A stretch of 63,564 nucleotides of DNA, the filler included, from Octopus bimaculoides (taxonomy: Eukaryota), in the NCBI RefSeq assembly GCF_001194135.2. It is 6 parts of 6 records of this genome, joined end to end, with 100 filler letters (N's around TTAATTAATTAA, not from the genome) between each part and the next. Parts side by side here need not be neighbours in the genome. Positions count along the whole stretch, not along the records: positions 18,110 to 42,050 come from NC_068984.1; 5 more parts are not named here. One strand, given 5' to 3'. Numbering within the stretch: position 1 is the first letter of the stretch; each line of letters opens with the position of its first letter. The notes under the pieces were generated by a model. The model was not told where the DNA came from. It made no database searches and was given only the letters and a program-made list of their open reading frames with translations. Positions 26,248 to 39,288 of the stretch are shown here, in pieces. Position numbers and translations under genes: made by a program.

Positions 26248-27186
26248 GTCGTCGTCGTCATCGTCATCAGCTTTGCAGCATTTCATCTGACTTTACATTC
26301 TGAGTATAAATATCGCCTAGGTCGACTTTGCCATTAATCCTTTTAGGATCGATAATTTAAGTACCAATCAAGCACTGAGGTTGATGTACTCGACTAGTTC
26401 CTCCCACGAAATTTCAGGTCTTGCGCCTGCGAAATATATCTTCCTCCTCGGTCAAGTCCTTTTCGACCTTTTTAAGTTTCACTTGGATAGGAAAGTGAGG
26501 ATGCAGAAGGAAGTGCTACCTTCCAGTGAATTTGTGAAAAGACGGGTGACTGTGGCAGAAATGGTTAGAGTGAATAATGGCCCTACTGTAAGCACGCGCT
26601 TATAGATTGGAGAGCAACAGTTGGGAGAGGGTTCAAGCCTTTGGTGGTCTTGATAATCCTGGATCTGCGGAGTTCCTTGATGGAGTTTTTCCTGTATCAG
26701 GAGGACTGTATCACTCATGTTATTACATACTTTGTATACTGTGTATTCTTTTATCGCATTTCACTGGGGTTTTTTCATCTTTTATGTGCATTCCCACACA
26801 AATTGTTGGCTGTTCTTGTGATGTTTTCCTCATCCAAGCCCCTGTGGCTAATAAAAGAAATCACCTTCGTCGTTGCCGTCGTCATCATCATCATCATCAT
26901 CATTATTATTATTGGACCAGCCAGCCAGCCAATTCCCGTTGATAATTTAATTAATTTCAAAAAGGATAGAATTCAGAATATCTAAAAAAACATCATTTTG
27001 ATATTTTCAGGGATTTATTGAAAATGATTTTATAGGAAATATAAAATAAAAATAAATAAATCAGATCAATATTTTTGACTACGGTCGGAGGAAAAGCAGT
27101 TGATTGAATAATTGCTATTTGAAGTTGGAAATCGTATAACAGCGAAATGGAGACGATGATGATGATCATCATCATTATGTTGACGT

Positions 27187-27232
<46 letters not shown>

Positions 27233-27479
27233 AATGGCGGTGGTGGTGGTAGTGGTGGTGGTGGTAGTGGTGGTGGTGGTGATGATGATGATGATGTCTC
27301 TTTTTTGTTCCTTGCTCATCCTACATGCTGAATATGGCGGGTCTCTATAAATAGTGGATGTCATCTCCCACGTCGTTCTTTGACTTAATTTTAATGTCCT
27401 CTTTATGCTTCAACTGTTGCAGCAATATTGGTTTCAAATTTTGGCACAATGCCAGTAATGTCGCCGACACCTCACCCCC

Positions 27480-27610
27480 ACCCCACAGTGCTGAACTAGT
27501 ATTTATTTTATCGACCCAGAAAGGATGAAAGACCGTCAGAAGGTAAAGACGGACGAAATACCGCTAAGCATTTTGGTTGGCGTGTTCGTGATTCTGCCAG
27601 CTCGCCGCCT
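27480..27610 (-). mobile_element. Internally deleted SINE family B copy
   Basis: ctgccagctcgccgcc head and gaaaggatgaaag core in reverse orientation. Confidence 0.65.
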
Positions 27611-28063
27611 TTAATTGTTAATATTTTTAACAGTAATATTTTCGAATTTGAAACTTGTGTACTAACAGATCCTCTACCTTCTGCCAAATAATGTTTGGCC
27701 GTCTTTAATTAAAGACTACGTAATGTTGTAGCTCTAGAATACAACTTACATCGTTATTTAGACAATAAACTCGACATCTATAAACTACAAGCGCTATATT
27801 TATTGATACAAACCCTTCATTCACAAACTACAAGCCCTACATTCAAATGCAACAACTCCCATAGACTGCAAATCTTATATTTAGACTACAATGCCTTCAT
27901 ATATAGACTACAAGCTATACATCTGTAGACTAGAAACCCTATCTTAACAGACTATGACTTCTTCGTTATAGATTACGACTTCTACATTCTATAGATTCTG
28001 GAGCTGTCTTGAGGTCCCAGTGGAAGCTGAGGACAAGTTACTTTGAGCGTATTGTTATCTAGA

Positions 28064-28400
28064 GTGGAGGCGCAATGGCCCAGTGGTTAGGGCAGCGGAC
28101 TCGCGGTCATAGGATCGCAGTTTCGATTCCCAGACCGGGCGTTGTGAGTGTTTATTGAGCGAAAACACCTAAAGCTCCACGAGGCTCCGGCAAGGGATAG
28201 TGGCGAACCCTGCTGAACTTTTTCACCACAACTTTCTCTCACTCTTACTTCCTGTTTCTGTTGTGCCTGTAATTAAGGGTACACGTGTCTGTGGAGTGCT
28301 CAGCCACTTGCACGTTAATTTCACGAGCAGGCTGTTCCGTTGATCGGATCAACTGGAACCCGCGACGTCGTAAGCGACGGAGTGCAACAACAACAATTGT
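28064..28400 (+). mobile_element. tRNA-derived SINE, family D, (CAA)n tail
   Basis: A box tggcccagtggttag, B-box-like gtttcgattccc, long non-tRNA body, tail caacaacaacaa. Confidence 0.8.
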
Positions 28401-29358
28401 TATCTAGNNNNNNNNNNNNNNNNNNNNNNNNNNNNNNNNNNNNNNNNNNNNNNNNNNNNNNNNNNNNNNNNNNNNNNNNNNNNNNNNNNNNNNNNNNNNN
28501 NNNNNNNNNNNNNNNNNNNNNNNNNNNNNNNNNNNNNNNNNNNNNNNNNNNNNNNNNNNNNNNNNNNNNNNNNNNNNNNNNNNNNNNNNNNNNNNNNNNN
28601 NNNNNNNNNNNNNNNNNNNNNNNNNNNNNNNNNNNNNNNNNNNNNNNNNNNNNNNNNNNNNNNNNNNNNNNNNNNNNNNNNNNNNNNNNNNNNNNNNNNN
28701 NNNNNNNNNNNNNNNNNNNNNNNNNNNNNNNNNNNNNNNNNNNNNNNNNNNNNNNNNNNNNNNNNNNNNNNNNNNNNNNNNNNNNNNNNNNNNNNNNNNN
28801 NNNNNNNNNNNNNNNNNNNNNNNNNNNNNNNNNNNNNNNNNNNNNNNNNNNAGCGGGAGTAGAGAGAGAGGGAGGGAGAGAGAGATGGGGGTATATTGCT
28901 ATGGTGTATTAAGGATTATAGACACACACTCAAATACACACGCACACACATACATACGTATAAACTCACGTGCACAAATACATAGGCATACGCGCATAAA
29001 CTCACGTGCAAGCGCGCACACGCACACACAAACATGGACACGTATCGATAGATGTGTGTGTATGTTTGTATAACGAAGTGTCCTTGGGTGTTTGTGTAAT
29101 TGGTGAGTGTAGATATGTTGATGTTGGAGTGTGTTTTCTACGGTCGTTGGATATCTGTATGTATTCGTATGTGATCGGTATTAGTATATGTATATAGTTC
29201 GATGTGTGTGTGTGTGTAAGAACAATGAAATAAAGAGGTCACACAAGGTCAATCTCTAACGCCATGTTCAATATAATTAGTTTCTCCGAACCAAATTAAC
29301 CAATATTATTAGTTCCTTTGATGTTTTTATATGTCTTCATGTCATTTGTCGCTTTTTC

Positions 29359-29400
<42 letters not shown>

Positions 29401-30119
29401 ATTCAATCACTCTCGTATATAGTGCACAAATACACACATACATGCATACAGATATATACTTACGTACATACCTATGTACAGTACAGACCTGCATATATAC
29501 ACACGCGTGCACCCNNNNNNNNNNNNNNNNNNNNNNNNNNNNNNNNNNNNNNNNNNNNNNNNNNNNNNNNNNNNNNNNNNNNNNNNNNNNNNNNNNNNNN
29601 NNNNNNNNNNNNNNNNNNNNNNNNNNNNNNNNNNNNNNNNNNNNNNNNNNNNNNNNNNNNNNNNNNNNNNNNNNNNNNNNNNNNNNNNNNNNNNNNNNNN
29701 NNNNNNNNNNNNNNNNNNNNNNNNNNNNNNNNNNNNNNNNNNNNNNNNNNNNNNNNNNNNNNNNNNNNNNNNNNNNNNNNNNNNNNNNNNNNNNNNNNNN
29801 NNNNNNNNNNNNNNNNNNNNNNNNNNNNNNNNNNNNNNNNNNNNNNNNNNNNNNNNNNNNNNNNNNNNNNNNNNNNNNNNNNNNNNNNNNNNNNNNNNNN
29901 NNNNNNNNNNNNNNNNNNNNNNNNNNNNNNNNNNNNNNNNNNNNNNTATATATATATATATATGATGTATCTATGCTTGTAATTAATCTAATTTTATTTT
30001 TTATTATTTTAATCATTAGGTGTCAGTGATGTTGCGGCAAATAGGTTCATAGTGACCCGGTACTTATTTTATCGGTCTCTAGTTATCGAATGCTGTTCTT
30101 GAGTATGTGCTATGTCTTG

Positions 30120-31050
30120 CTTTGTTTTTGTTTTTTGTATTTTTGAGTTTTTTGGGGGCGGTGGGATGGCTTCTATCTAATTTATTTAACGTGTAGTCTT
30201 CTGTATGTTGTGTATGCCTGTAATTCATGGCTTTTGCGCCATGTTTGCCCGTATGTTTTTTTTTTTATCATTCGTAAGACACTGACATTATAGTGATTGC
30301 TTCTGTTTTCGCACCCCACTTTCAGGTTGCTTGTGGGTATACTTCGATGATAATTTCTTCGTTTCTTTGTGAGATAAATCACCGTCTTTGGGGACTGATA
30401 CTTCGATTAGGAGGTTCTTCTTTCCTGGTAGTCCTCGAGAACAATATCTGGCAGATTAGCTTTGATCTGCTTTGCACATTCCAAATTACTGCTGCTTTGA
30501 CTTTCTCTGAAACCTTTTTCTGGTGTATGTTAATATGACTACTTCTCAGTTAGTATTTCTACTTCCACAGTATGAAAGCCACAACTCTGTTACACCTGCA
30601 AATGTATTTTTCGTGGAAAAGACTACGAAAGTTAGAAACAATTGTTTCTTCTCAACTTACACATATTTTACTGTTAGTGCATTTTGTTTTACTAGATACA
30701 TTTGGTAGTTTCTGGTGGGACGGCTTTGATTCTGGGCCACAAAAAAACACTCCTTCTCAGTCACTGTTGCAAATTTTCTTCGTGTATTTTCACCGTGGTC
30801 CCTTTTTTTAAGTTATGGTGGTAGATCATTGGTCCATGTAGGAGCTTTTCTTGCCATCGATTTATAGGACATTCTGTAGTCCGATTTTAAGCTTGGCTGC
30901 TTGGTTTTTACTCAATTTCTGTGATAGTATCTTCTTTCTCTTCGTAACAATCGATATATGACAGCTTCTGTTTTGAATGTATCAGCTTCCTTGAAAACAG
31001 AAAACATTGTTTTGTTTGTTGGTATTTTGTAACTGTTTGTATTAATTTTC
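30120..31050 (-). mobile_element. 3' portion of an R4/Dong-type REL LINE, decayed
   Basis: Minus-strand remnants RWQEKLLHG, VAQNQSRPTRNYQ, KANLPDIVLED...LLIEVSVPKDGDLSHKETKKLSSKY and KWGAKTEAI. Cut at its 5' side by the SINE at 31055. Confidence 0.75.
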
Positions 31051-31054
31051 CCTT

Positions 31055-31215
31055 AGGCGCAGTCGTGGCTGTGTGAAAAGAAGTTTGCTTCCCAACCATA
31101 TGGTTCCTGGTTCAGTTCCAATTTGTGACACCTTGGGCAAGTGTCTTCTACTGTAACCTCGGACCGACCAAAGCGTTGTGAATGGATTTGGTGGACGAAA
31201 ACTGAAAGAAACCCG

Positions 31216-31249
<34 letters not shown>

Positions 31250-31350
31250 TTTTTTTTGTCCCCAACATCGCTTGACAACCAGTGTTTGTGTGTGTACGTC
31301 CCCGTAACCTAACGGTTCGGCAAAAACACCGATAGAATAAGTACGAAGCT
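31055..31350 (+). mobile_element. SINE family A copy
   Basis: ggcgcagtcgtggctgtgtg...ggttcagttcc...aactgaaagaaacccgtcg(tg)n...ccccgtaacctaacggttcggc. Confidence 0.85.
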
Positions 31351-31943
31351 TTAAAAGAAATATTCTTTACTAAAGATTTTTGTTAGACATTTATGTATGA
31401 TTTATGAAGTGTAGCAAATGCTACAAAAATTTTTTTATAAATACTTTATAATAGCTTTCTACTTGTATTGAGTACACGTTGTAGAATATTGTTTATATTA
31501 AAAGTGTAACAAAGATATTCGAGGTTAACAAAATCTATGCATATTCTAGAGAGCTATTGCTTTTGGACTTAACTTCGCTTTCAAAACAGATTTTCCAAAT
31601 CGTTTGGAAATATTTCTTTAATGAGCAACTACCTTATCCACTTCTATGCTGTTGTCATGTACTGTTTTACAGAATTTTTGTAGGTTGTTTTCAAATGCGT
31701 CGTTTTGAGAGAAACTGTTTTCTCTAATACTGTACCTTACTACTTTAAAACGAATAATTATAAACATTCGAATGTTTACAGGCGCGTTTGTTCATTGTTT
31801 GTTGCATCTAATTAGCATTTTTTCTTGTTGGTTCTTTTTTTTTTTTCCAGAATAGTTATTTACTGTCATTTGGATTATTTTATTTGTTTTGCTATAAATA
31901 GTATCTATTTATACATTAATTTACTCGTCCTATTGTCTATTCT

Positions 31944-33250
31944 ATGTTTGTGACTTCTGAGCTTTACAGTTGTATGCCAGACTTGTTTGGAGACGTATTG
32001 GCAGCAGTGTACTGCAACTGGCAGCAAAACAGGAGCATCACTCGTTTTGTGAGCCGAGGAGACGTAACGCTGCTGAAGAAAGATCCAAACAAGGGGGACG
32101 TAATAGATAACTTTAGGCCCATCACTCTACTCAATGCAGACTTGAAAACTTTGCCCAAGGTGTTAGCCAAGAGGTTGGCGCTTGTCATCAAGAAACTGGT
32201 CGACAAGTCGCAAACGTGCGCCGTGCCGGGCCGGAGCATCCATGACAACCTCCATCTGATGCACTACATCATAGACAGGGTAGTTAAGGAACCTGGCATG
32301 GGTGGGACCTTGATCAATTTGGATCTATCCAAAGCTTTCGATAGGGTAGACCATCGATACTTGGAGGCTGTCCTCATAGCGGCTGGTTTCGATCCCGTCT
32401 TCCGCGGCTGGATAGCTGCCTTGTACAGAGGCATCCGTTCTGTAATTTGCGTGAATGGATATCTATCGAGACCTTTTGACATTGNNNNNNNNNNNNNNNN
32501 NNNNNNNNNNNNNNNNNNNNNNNNNNNNNNNNNNNNNNNNNNNNNNNNNNNNNNNNNNNNNNNNNNNNNNNNNNNNNNNNNNNNNNNNNNNNNNNNNNNN
32601 NNNNNNNNNNNNNNNNNNNNNNNNNNNNNNNNNNNNNNNNNNNNNNNNNNNNNNNNNNNNNNNNNNNNNNNNNNNNNNNNNNNNNNNNNNNNNNNNNNNN
32701 NNNNNNNNNNNNNNNNNNNNNNNNNNNNNNNNNNNNNNNNNNNNNNNNNNNNNNNNNNNNNNNNNNNNNNNNNNNNNNNNNNNNNNNNNNNNNNNNNNNN
32801 NNNNNNNNNNNNNNNNNNNNNNNNNNNNNNNNNNNNNNNNNNNNNNNNNNNNNNNNNNNNNNNNNNNNNNNNNNNNNNNNNNNNNNNNNNNNNNNNNNNN
32901 NNNNNNNNNNNNNNGATGATGCGCAGACACGCGCTGAAACTGCGACACCTCCGGCTCTACGTAAATGACGGTGAACAGGTGTGGTCGCCGTTTGTGAGGC
33001 GCACTTTCCCGTAGCTCGTCTCCATGACCAAACTGCAATCATGGATCAAAAAGAGGCCGAGGGAGGGTGAATGACACCGCGTGTGTCGCGTTGCTCTCGA
33101 GCAACTATGCCGTCCCGGGTCGACCTTGAGCGACTGCAACACAACCAAAGCATTCTATAGGAGATTAGTGGAGGGAAGGTACGTTGACGATCTCGGGGCG
33201 AACCTGGGCGCCGACGAGGAATACCTGACCCGGCTGTGTCATAAATTGTT
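31944..33250 (+). mobile_element. L1/Tx1-like LINE ORF2 fragment (RT), interrupted by a gap
   Basis: VTLLKKDPNKG...NFRPITLLNAD.KTLPKVLAKRL...SQTCAVPGRSIHDNL...NLDLSKAFDRVDHRYL. The post-gap part HALKLRHL...GEQVWSPFVRR has stops. Confidence 0.85.
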
Positions 33251-33549
33251 TAAATCGGTTAATACACCTGGGTATGAACATTGGGATTTGTTATTGCCCT
33301 TTGCACATTGCTTATAGGGTCCTCTAATCTGTGTTAGTCTTTGAGAGAAAGGCTTTTAAAAGTATTCTGCTATTTGGTGGAGTTACTATTTTAGCCTGCC
33401 CTAAGTGGCTTAGAAAGCTGTTGACACAAGTCTAAACAACTTCCTTTTCAGAACAATACAATATGATTGAATTTCAGGAGCAGTACAGACGAGACTTGCT
33501 CTCACACTAGTGAAATTTCATGCAACAGAGTATCAGTATGTTCGGCAAT

Positions 33550-33582
<33 letters not shown>

Positions 33583-33689
33583 TAGACTTATCAACATTGC
33601 TACTGTGAAGGTCATCGGTCAAAGTAATAGTATTATTACTACTAATATAATGACTACCAGTAACATCACTACCATCATTTCTCTTACAA

Positions 33690-33875
33690 AAGGTGAGCTG
33701 GCAAAAACGTTACGTATTTCGTCTGTCTTTACGTTCTGAGTTCAAATTCTGCCGAGGACGACTTTACCTTTCATCTTTTCGGTGTGGATAAATTAAGTAC
33801 TGGGGTCGATCCAATCGACTGGCTCTCTCCTCCAAAAATTTCGGGCCTTGTGCCTAGAGTTGAAAAGAATTACTA
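33690..33875 (+). mobile_element. SINE family B copy
   Basis: ggtgagctggcaaaaacgtta...ttctgagttcaaattctgccgagg...ggccttgtgcctagagttgaaaag. Confidence 0.8.
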
Positions 33876-33999
33876 AGTAAAATGATAATGGTATCATTGT
33901 TACGTGTATTTGCCCATCTAGTTTCTAAAACAGTTTCTTCTGATTTACTTTAAACAATCTGTTTTGCCTGAAGTCTTTTTCTATTGTCATATCTTTCCA

Positions 34000-34835
34000 G
34001 TTATGCTTTGATTACTTCTCTTTGTTTCAATTCTTCCAATATCACATCATAACCTTTATCTCTTATTCTATATGTTCTTTCCAGCATTATTTTTATGCTT
34101 TCGTTCTGCAATTCCCCTCTTCTCAATCTATCAACTTGTCCTAAATGTCTTTTTAACTTTGTTTGTTTCTCACAAATTCGTCTACGCCAATATGGTTCTT
34201 TACCTTCTGTTTGTTCTTTTCTTTTGTATCCAACTCTATCTGCAGCAACCATAGCTGCAACCCAAATAATCTTTTTTTTTTATCTAGTTTCAACTAACGA
34301 GCTATGGCCATGCTGCTTCTTGAATAGCCTAAGAACCGAATCTATCTTTTTGGTTTCAACCTTGAGCTTGCGTTGGAGGTGGGTGGTGCTCGATCCTGGT
34401 CTTCTCTAATATATTGGCACAGCGTCCTCACTGTCTTGTTGGCATCATCGTATTCTTGTGATATAGCTCTTCCAATTACTTCTGCTTCATTTGCTGAGAA
34501 TGCATTTACATTCACACTTTGCTCTACTTCTTCACTGCCGCCATTTATTTCTCTGTTCTCACCGGGCACGTTATCTGTTGGTGAAGTATTATTTCTATCT
34601 TCTACTCTCCATTTTATCTCTCTCTTCTATTTCTATGTCTGTTAACCATCCTTTTGCTCTTGTTGCTCTTATCTTGTCGACTAACCGTTGCTCACTTGTT
34701 TTGAAGAGTCCTATCTCATTCCACTTTGCTTTCATTCGTTGTCGGAATCCCCTTCTACTGGGTTCACTCCTGATCCAGCATTCAATTACCGTTCGGTTTG
34801 CCTCCTTATCCCACCTTCTTCTCTGGCTTTGTTTA
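34000..34835 (-). mobile_element. N-terminal ORF fragment of an R4/Dong-type LINE
   Basis: RRRWDKEANRTVIECWIRSEPSRRGFRQRMKAKWNEIGLFKTSEQRLVDKIRATRAKGWLTDIEIEE and KEPYWRRRICEKQTKLKRHLGQVDRLRRGEL parallel the N-terminal region of the 7105-9900 element. Confidence 0.75.
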
Positions 34836-34844
34836 TTATTATTT

Positions 34845-35055
34845 AGGCGGTGAGCTGAAAGAATCGTTAGCATGTCGGGCAAAATGCTGAGCAGCAATTC
34901 TTCCGGCTCTTTACATTTTCAGCTCAAATTCCGCCGAGGTCGATTTTACCTTTCTTCTTTCTGAGGTCGATAAAATAAAGTATTAGTCAAAAACTGGGAT
35001 CGATGTTACCTACTAATTCCCTTGCTAGCCTTGTGCCAAAATTTGAAACCATTAT
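34845..35055 (+). mobile_element. SINE family B copy abutting the R4/Dong fragment at an (ATT)n tract
   Basis: ttattattattt|aggcggtgagctg...ccttgtgccaaaatttgaaacc|attattgttg. Confidence 0.8.
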
Positions 35056-35535
35056 TGTTGTTGTTGTCTATCCAGAGGTAGCACCGACATTTGAAAACCT
35101 TTCTAAACTGATAAGGCTAAAAGTGATTGATACTCAGTTTGAACGTCTGTAAGCTGATATTACCTACGGGGAATTTGAGAAAGTTGGCAGCTCTAGGAAT
35201 AAAAGGTTAACAAAAGTATTCACTGGAATTCTTGGAGATAAGACACATCAGTAGGTAATGATAGGCTGAGAGATGAGTAAATTGGGGGAATAATGAGGGC
35301 AGTGAGGATATGCAGATCGCTAGCTCAGAGGAGCAGAGACCGTTGTAAAAGTGATAGAAGTGACAAAGAGGAAAAGACAGTACATCTATGAAGGTAGTAG
35401 TTGTATGTTGATGAATGAATCTTTGCTAATCAAACGGAACGCTCTTATACCCAAGGATAGTTGCGTGTGTATGTTTGTGAGTAACTACTTTTCAGTATGT
35501 GCGTGTGTGTGTGTGTTTTGTGTAACAGTACTGTC

Positions 35536-35571
<36 letters not shown>

Positions 35572-36619
35572 CGTGCGTATGTGTGTGTGTGTGTGTGTGT
35601 GTGCGTGCGTGCGTNNNNNNNNNNNNNNNNNNNNNNNNNNNNNNNNNNNNNNNNNNNNNNNNNNNNNNNNNNNNNNNNNNNNNNNNNNNNNNNNNNNNNN
35701 NNNNNNNNNNNNNNNNNNNNNNNNNNNNNNNNNNNNNNNNNNNNNNNNNNNNNNNNNNNNNNNNNNNNNNNNNNNNNNNNNNNNNNNNNNNNNNNNNNNN
35801 NNNNNNNNNNNNNNNNNNNNNNNNNNNNNNNNNNNNNNNNNNNNNNNNNNNNNNNNNNNNNNNNNNNNNNNNNNNNNNNNNNNNNNNNNNNNNNNNNNNN
35901 NNNNNNNNNNNNNNNNNNNNNNNNNNNNNNNNNNNNNNNNNNNNNNNNNNNNNNNNNNNNNNNNNNNNNNNNNNNNNNNNNNNNNNNNNNNNNNNNNNNN
36001 NNNNNNNNNNNNNNNNNNNNNNNNNNNNNNNNNNNNNNNNNNNNNNNNNNNNNNNNNNNNNNNNNNNNNNNNNNNNNNNNNNNNNNNNNNNNNNNNNNNN
36101 NNNNNNNNNNNNNNNNNNNNNNNNNNNNNNNNNNNNNNNNNNNNNNNNNNNNNNNNNNNNNNNNNNNNNNNNNNNNNNNNNNNNNNNNNNNNNNNNNNNN
36201 NNNNNNNNNNNNNNNNNNNNNNNNNNNNNNNNNNNNNNNNNNNNNNNNNNNNNNNNNNNNNNNNNNNNNNNNNNNNNNNNNNNNNNNNNNNNNNNNNNNN
36301 NNNNNNNNNNNNNNNNNNNNNNNNNNNNNNNNNNNNNNNNNNNNNNNNNNNNNNNNNNNNNNNNNNNNNNNNNNNNNNNNNNNNNNNNNNNNNNNNNNNN
36401 NNNNNNNNNNNNNNNNNNNNNGTTTAGTTTACATCCAGCGAGTTGGACTATATTCGGTCATGCTGTCAAAATGCGGTGTAATCGAACCTAGGCTTCATTG
36501 GAAATGTAAATTAGAGGAAATAACTAAATCGATTAAAAATAAAACAATGAATTATAAATTTCACATCTACTCTGAATGCACCACATGCACACGTGAGCCA
36601 CTATTTTTTTTTTACTCTA

Positions 36620-36737
36620 GACACAAGGCCTGAAATTTTGGGAGAGGGGGCTAGTCGATTATATCGACCTCAGTACTCAACTGGTACTTAATTTATCGAC
36701 CCCGAAAAGATGAAAGGCAAAGTCGACCTCGGCGGAA
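36620..36737 (-). mobile_element. SINE family B 3' half
   Basis: Reverse complement of the core ccgccgaggtcgactttgcctttcatc and the tail ggccttgtg. Confidence 0.75.
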
Positions 36738-37458
36738 CGTGCGCCACTATTCGTAAGACTAATACTCTCATGTAATGTATGACGTTACGCACGAGAGGCA
36801 ACGAATGAACCGTAGAGGATAGTTCGAGCTGCTAGCAACAACAACCAAATCTCCCTCAACAACCCTATCGTCATAAAAAGATGAGATGCCACAGTCTGAT
36901 CACCTTTCTTCATAGATCTGTCCAAAGCTGACTTAGTGCAAATAACAACTACATCACTTAGAAACAAACATTTCACGCAAGCCTCTTTCTTTTGACTAAA
37001 TTTCTCTCTCCCCCTCTCGTCTTAAAAAGGAAGTTTATATTGGGTAACATAGTGCTGGGTACAATACATTTGGAAAGAAGACGGACTGATCACGTCTGGA
37101 ATGCATTTGACTTTAGGTCTAATTATCAACTTCATCAGCGGCAAGTTTCAGTTTTAAATGCGGACGCGGTTACTTTAATCCTTGGTCTACACCTGGCATA
37201 CTTAACCCCATTTACTGTGGAAATCAGATATATCCACTCAAAATTTCTATATTGTTAACTGCAGGAAAACCTGTTTTATTGTTGAGATATGGCAAGTTTA
37301 CAGAGGCAATGTGAAGTGCAGAAAATTTCCAATTTTCTTTTAATAGATATTTAACATTATTACAAGAATAACCATGAAATTTAATTTCCCAAATAAAGGT
37401 TTAAAGCTACTGTAATCACTCGACTACTGTCAAATATGAAATGTTATCTATCTACAGA

Positions 37459-37603
37459 CACTAGCGTAGCTAAAGTGTGTGCCCCTCCGGACCCCACAAA
37501 AAATACATTTCCTGCAGCAATAACCTACAACAGGATGAAAAATTCCGCCCTGTAAAAGTGCCACCCGGGGCGGACCCTCCCCCACCCCCAAGCTATGCTA
37601 GTG
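37459..37603. mobile_element. hAT-type MITE with perfect 8-bp TSD
   Basis: TIRs cactagcgtagct / agctatgctagtg (1 mismatch). TSD tctacaga at 37451-37458 and 37604-37611. Confidence 0.8.
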
Positions 37604-38949
37604 TCTACAGAGAGTACACAGTGCTGATCAATCAGCTGGTCAAACCCAGGCAGATTATCAAATGTATCATATCAGTATACAATCTTTCATTTAATTTACA
37701 TCTAAGTATAAATTACCAGCTAGAGCTGCCTTTCAAATTTTAAAGTAAAATATTTTCTCTTACTCTACTCGAAATCATTGTTCCTTCACTTCGTACTTTA
37801 AGGAGCACCTCTCCCACATTTGAGAACCATCAGCGTACATATGTAAACATAATGTAACAATTGTATTTCTTTATTCAGTCGAGTGTCCTATTTTAATTTT
37901 CGGACTCATCAGATGGAATAGAGGGGCCAAAATTCTTCTATACAACATTGTACTCCTTCTCGAAACAGTCTTCATATTTTTGTGATGTAGCTTTCTTTGT
38001 GATGTAGCTTTCTTTTCGCTTTCATCCATTTCATTATTTGAAAAGACAGTTAGTTAATTGTCTGGATTTCTGCAATTTCGTTTCCCGCAAGCATTTATAT
38101 TTTAATAACCAATGTTTCTCGTGGATATTTCTTTTTCTTTACTTTTCTTTTCTTCAAATACTCTCCTTCCAACACCGCTATGTCCACATTTCAAGTGTCT
38201 TAATACACACAATAAATTCCATTTTGCTTTATAACTTATCCTATTTTAGATTACTTCGCTGTATTCAACTTGCTTTCCTATTTCCTTTTCAAAAACAATG
38301 TTCTGAAAGACGAGCTTACGCCAACTCTTATTCAGCTTGTGTGTTATATTTTTGTATTGTATGACAGTTGACGGTTAATTTAAAATATCTAATTTACGAA
38401 AAAGGGAATTATAACAGCTGTATAGAAACAGCTCCAGGTTCTGATAAAATTATCTTTTATGCGTGTACATTTTAGAAATAAGTTTGAAAGTTATGTTAAT
38501 GAGAGAATGTGAATAGGATTTAGACTATCGCGATTCTTTCCGAATGCTATTACATCAATTTTTGTATGTGGTTTTACTTTTACTTTTGCCTTATGTCACA
38601 ATTGTATCATTGATTACATATCTTAATAGATCAGTCACTGGTTGACGACTGGAGTGGTAAGAGAGTGTCTGTGTCTCGGTGCTACACAAATATAGCAGAG
38701 TACTTCGTTCGAAAAGCAACGGTTTTTCGGTTTTCTCAATGATATTTACATTCTACGAAGATAGGCGAAGGAACAACAAGCAGGTGTATTAGTTTAACGC
38801 TCGGGAAGAATAGAAAAGTCTTTGACGTTTCGAGCTTACGTTCTTCGATAGAAAGGATTGAGAGGGGGAAAATGGAGAGAGTAACTTCAAAGGACCAATC
38901 CTCGTGATACAATAGTGCTATGTACGAATAATACGTTTTACTCTACAGC

Positions 38950-39175
38950 ATATGTAAATATTGTCCCGAGTCCTAGGATTCACAGAGTCAGTTAACCGTT
39001 TCCTATGGCGCATAAGTGATCGAAATGACAACGTTACCCTTGAACGGAACACCACTCCGACGTGAAATGAAGTGTTTTGCTCAAAACCACAACACACCGC
39101 CGGTCCGACAATCGAAACCACGATCTTGCGACCGCGATTGCAACACCCTAACCAGTAGGCCATGCACCTTCACGT
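38950..39175 (-). mobile_element. tRNA-headed SINE fragment
   Basis: Reverse-strand tggcctactggttagggtgttg...gtggtttcgattg...gttttgagcaaaacacttcatttcac. Confidence 0.6.
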
Positions 39176-39245
39176 TATATTTTATGATATGTAAGTTAAT
39201 TGTACTTAGACTTTTTATAGATAATGTTCTGAGTTGGGTTATCCA

Positions 39246-39288
<43 letters not shown>

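Noticed and set aside
28064-28140. tRNA gene (also the head at 61750-61822)
   Set aside because: There is no closed cloverleaf or acceptor stem and it continues into a SINE body and tail.
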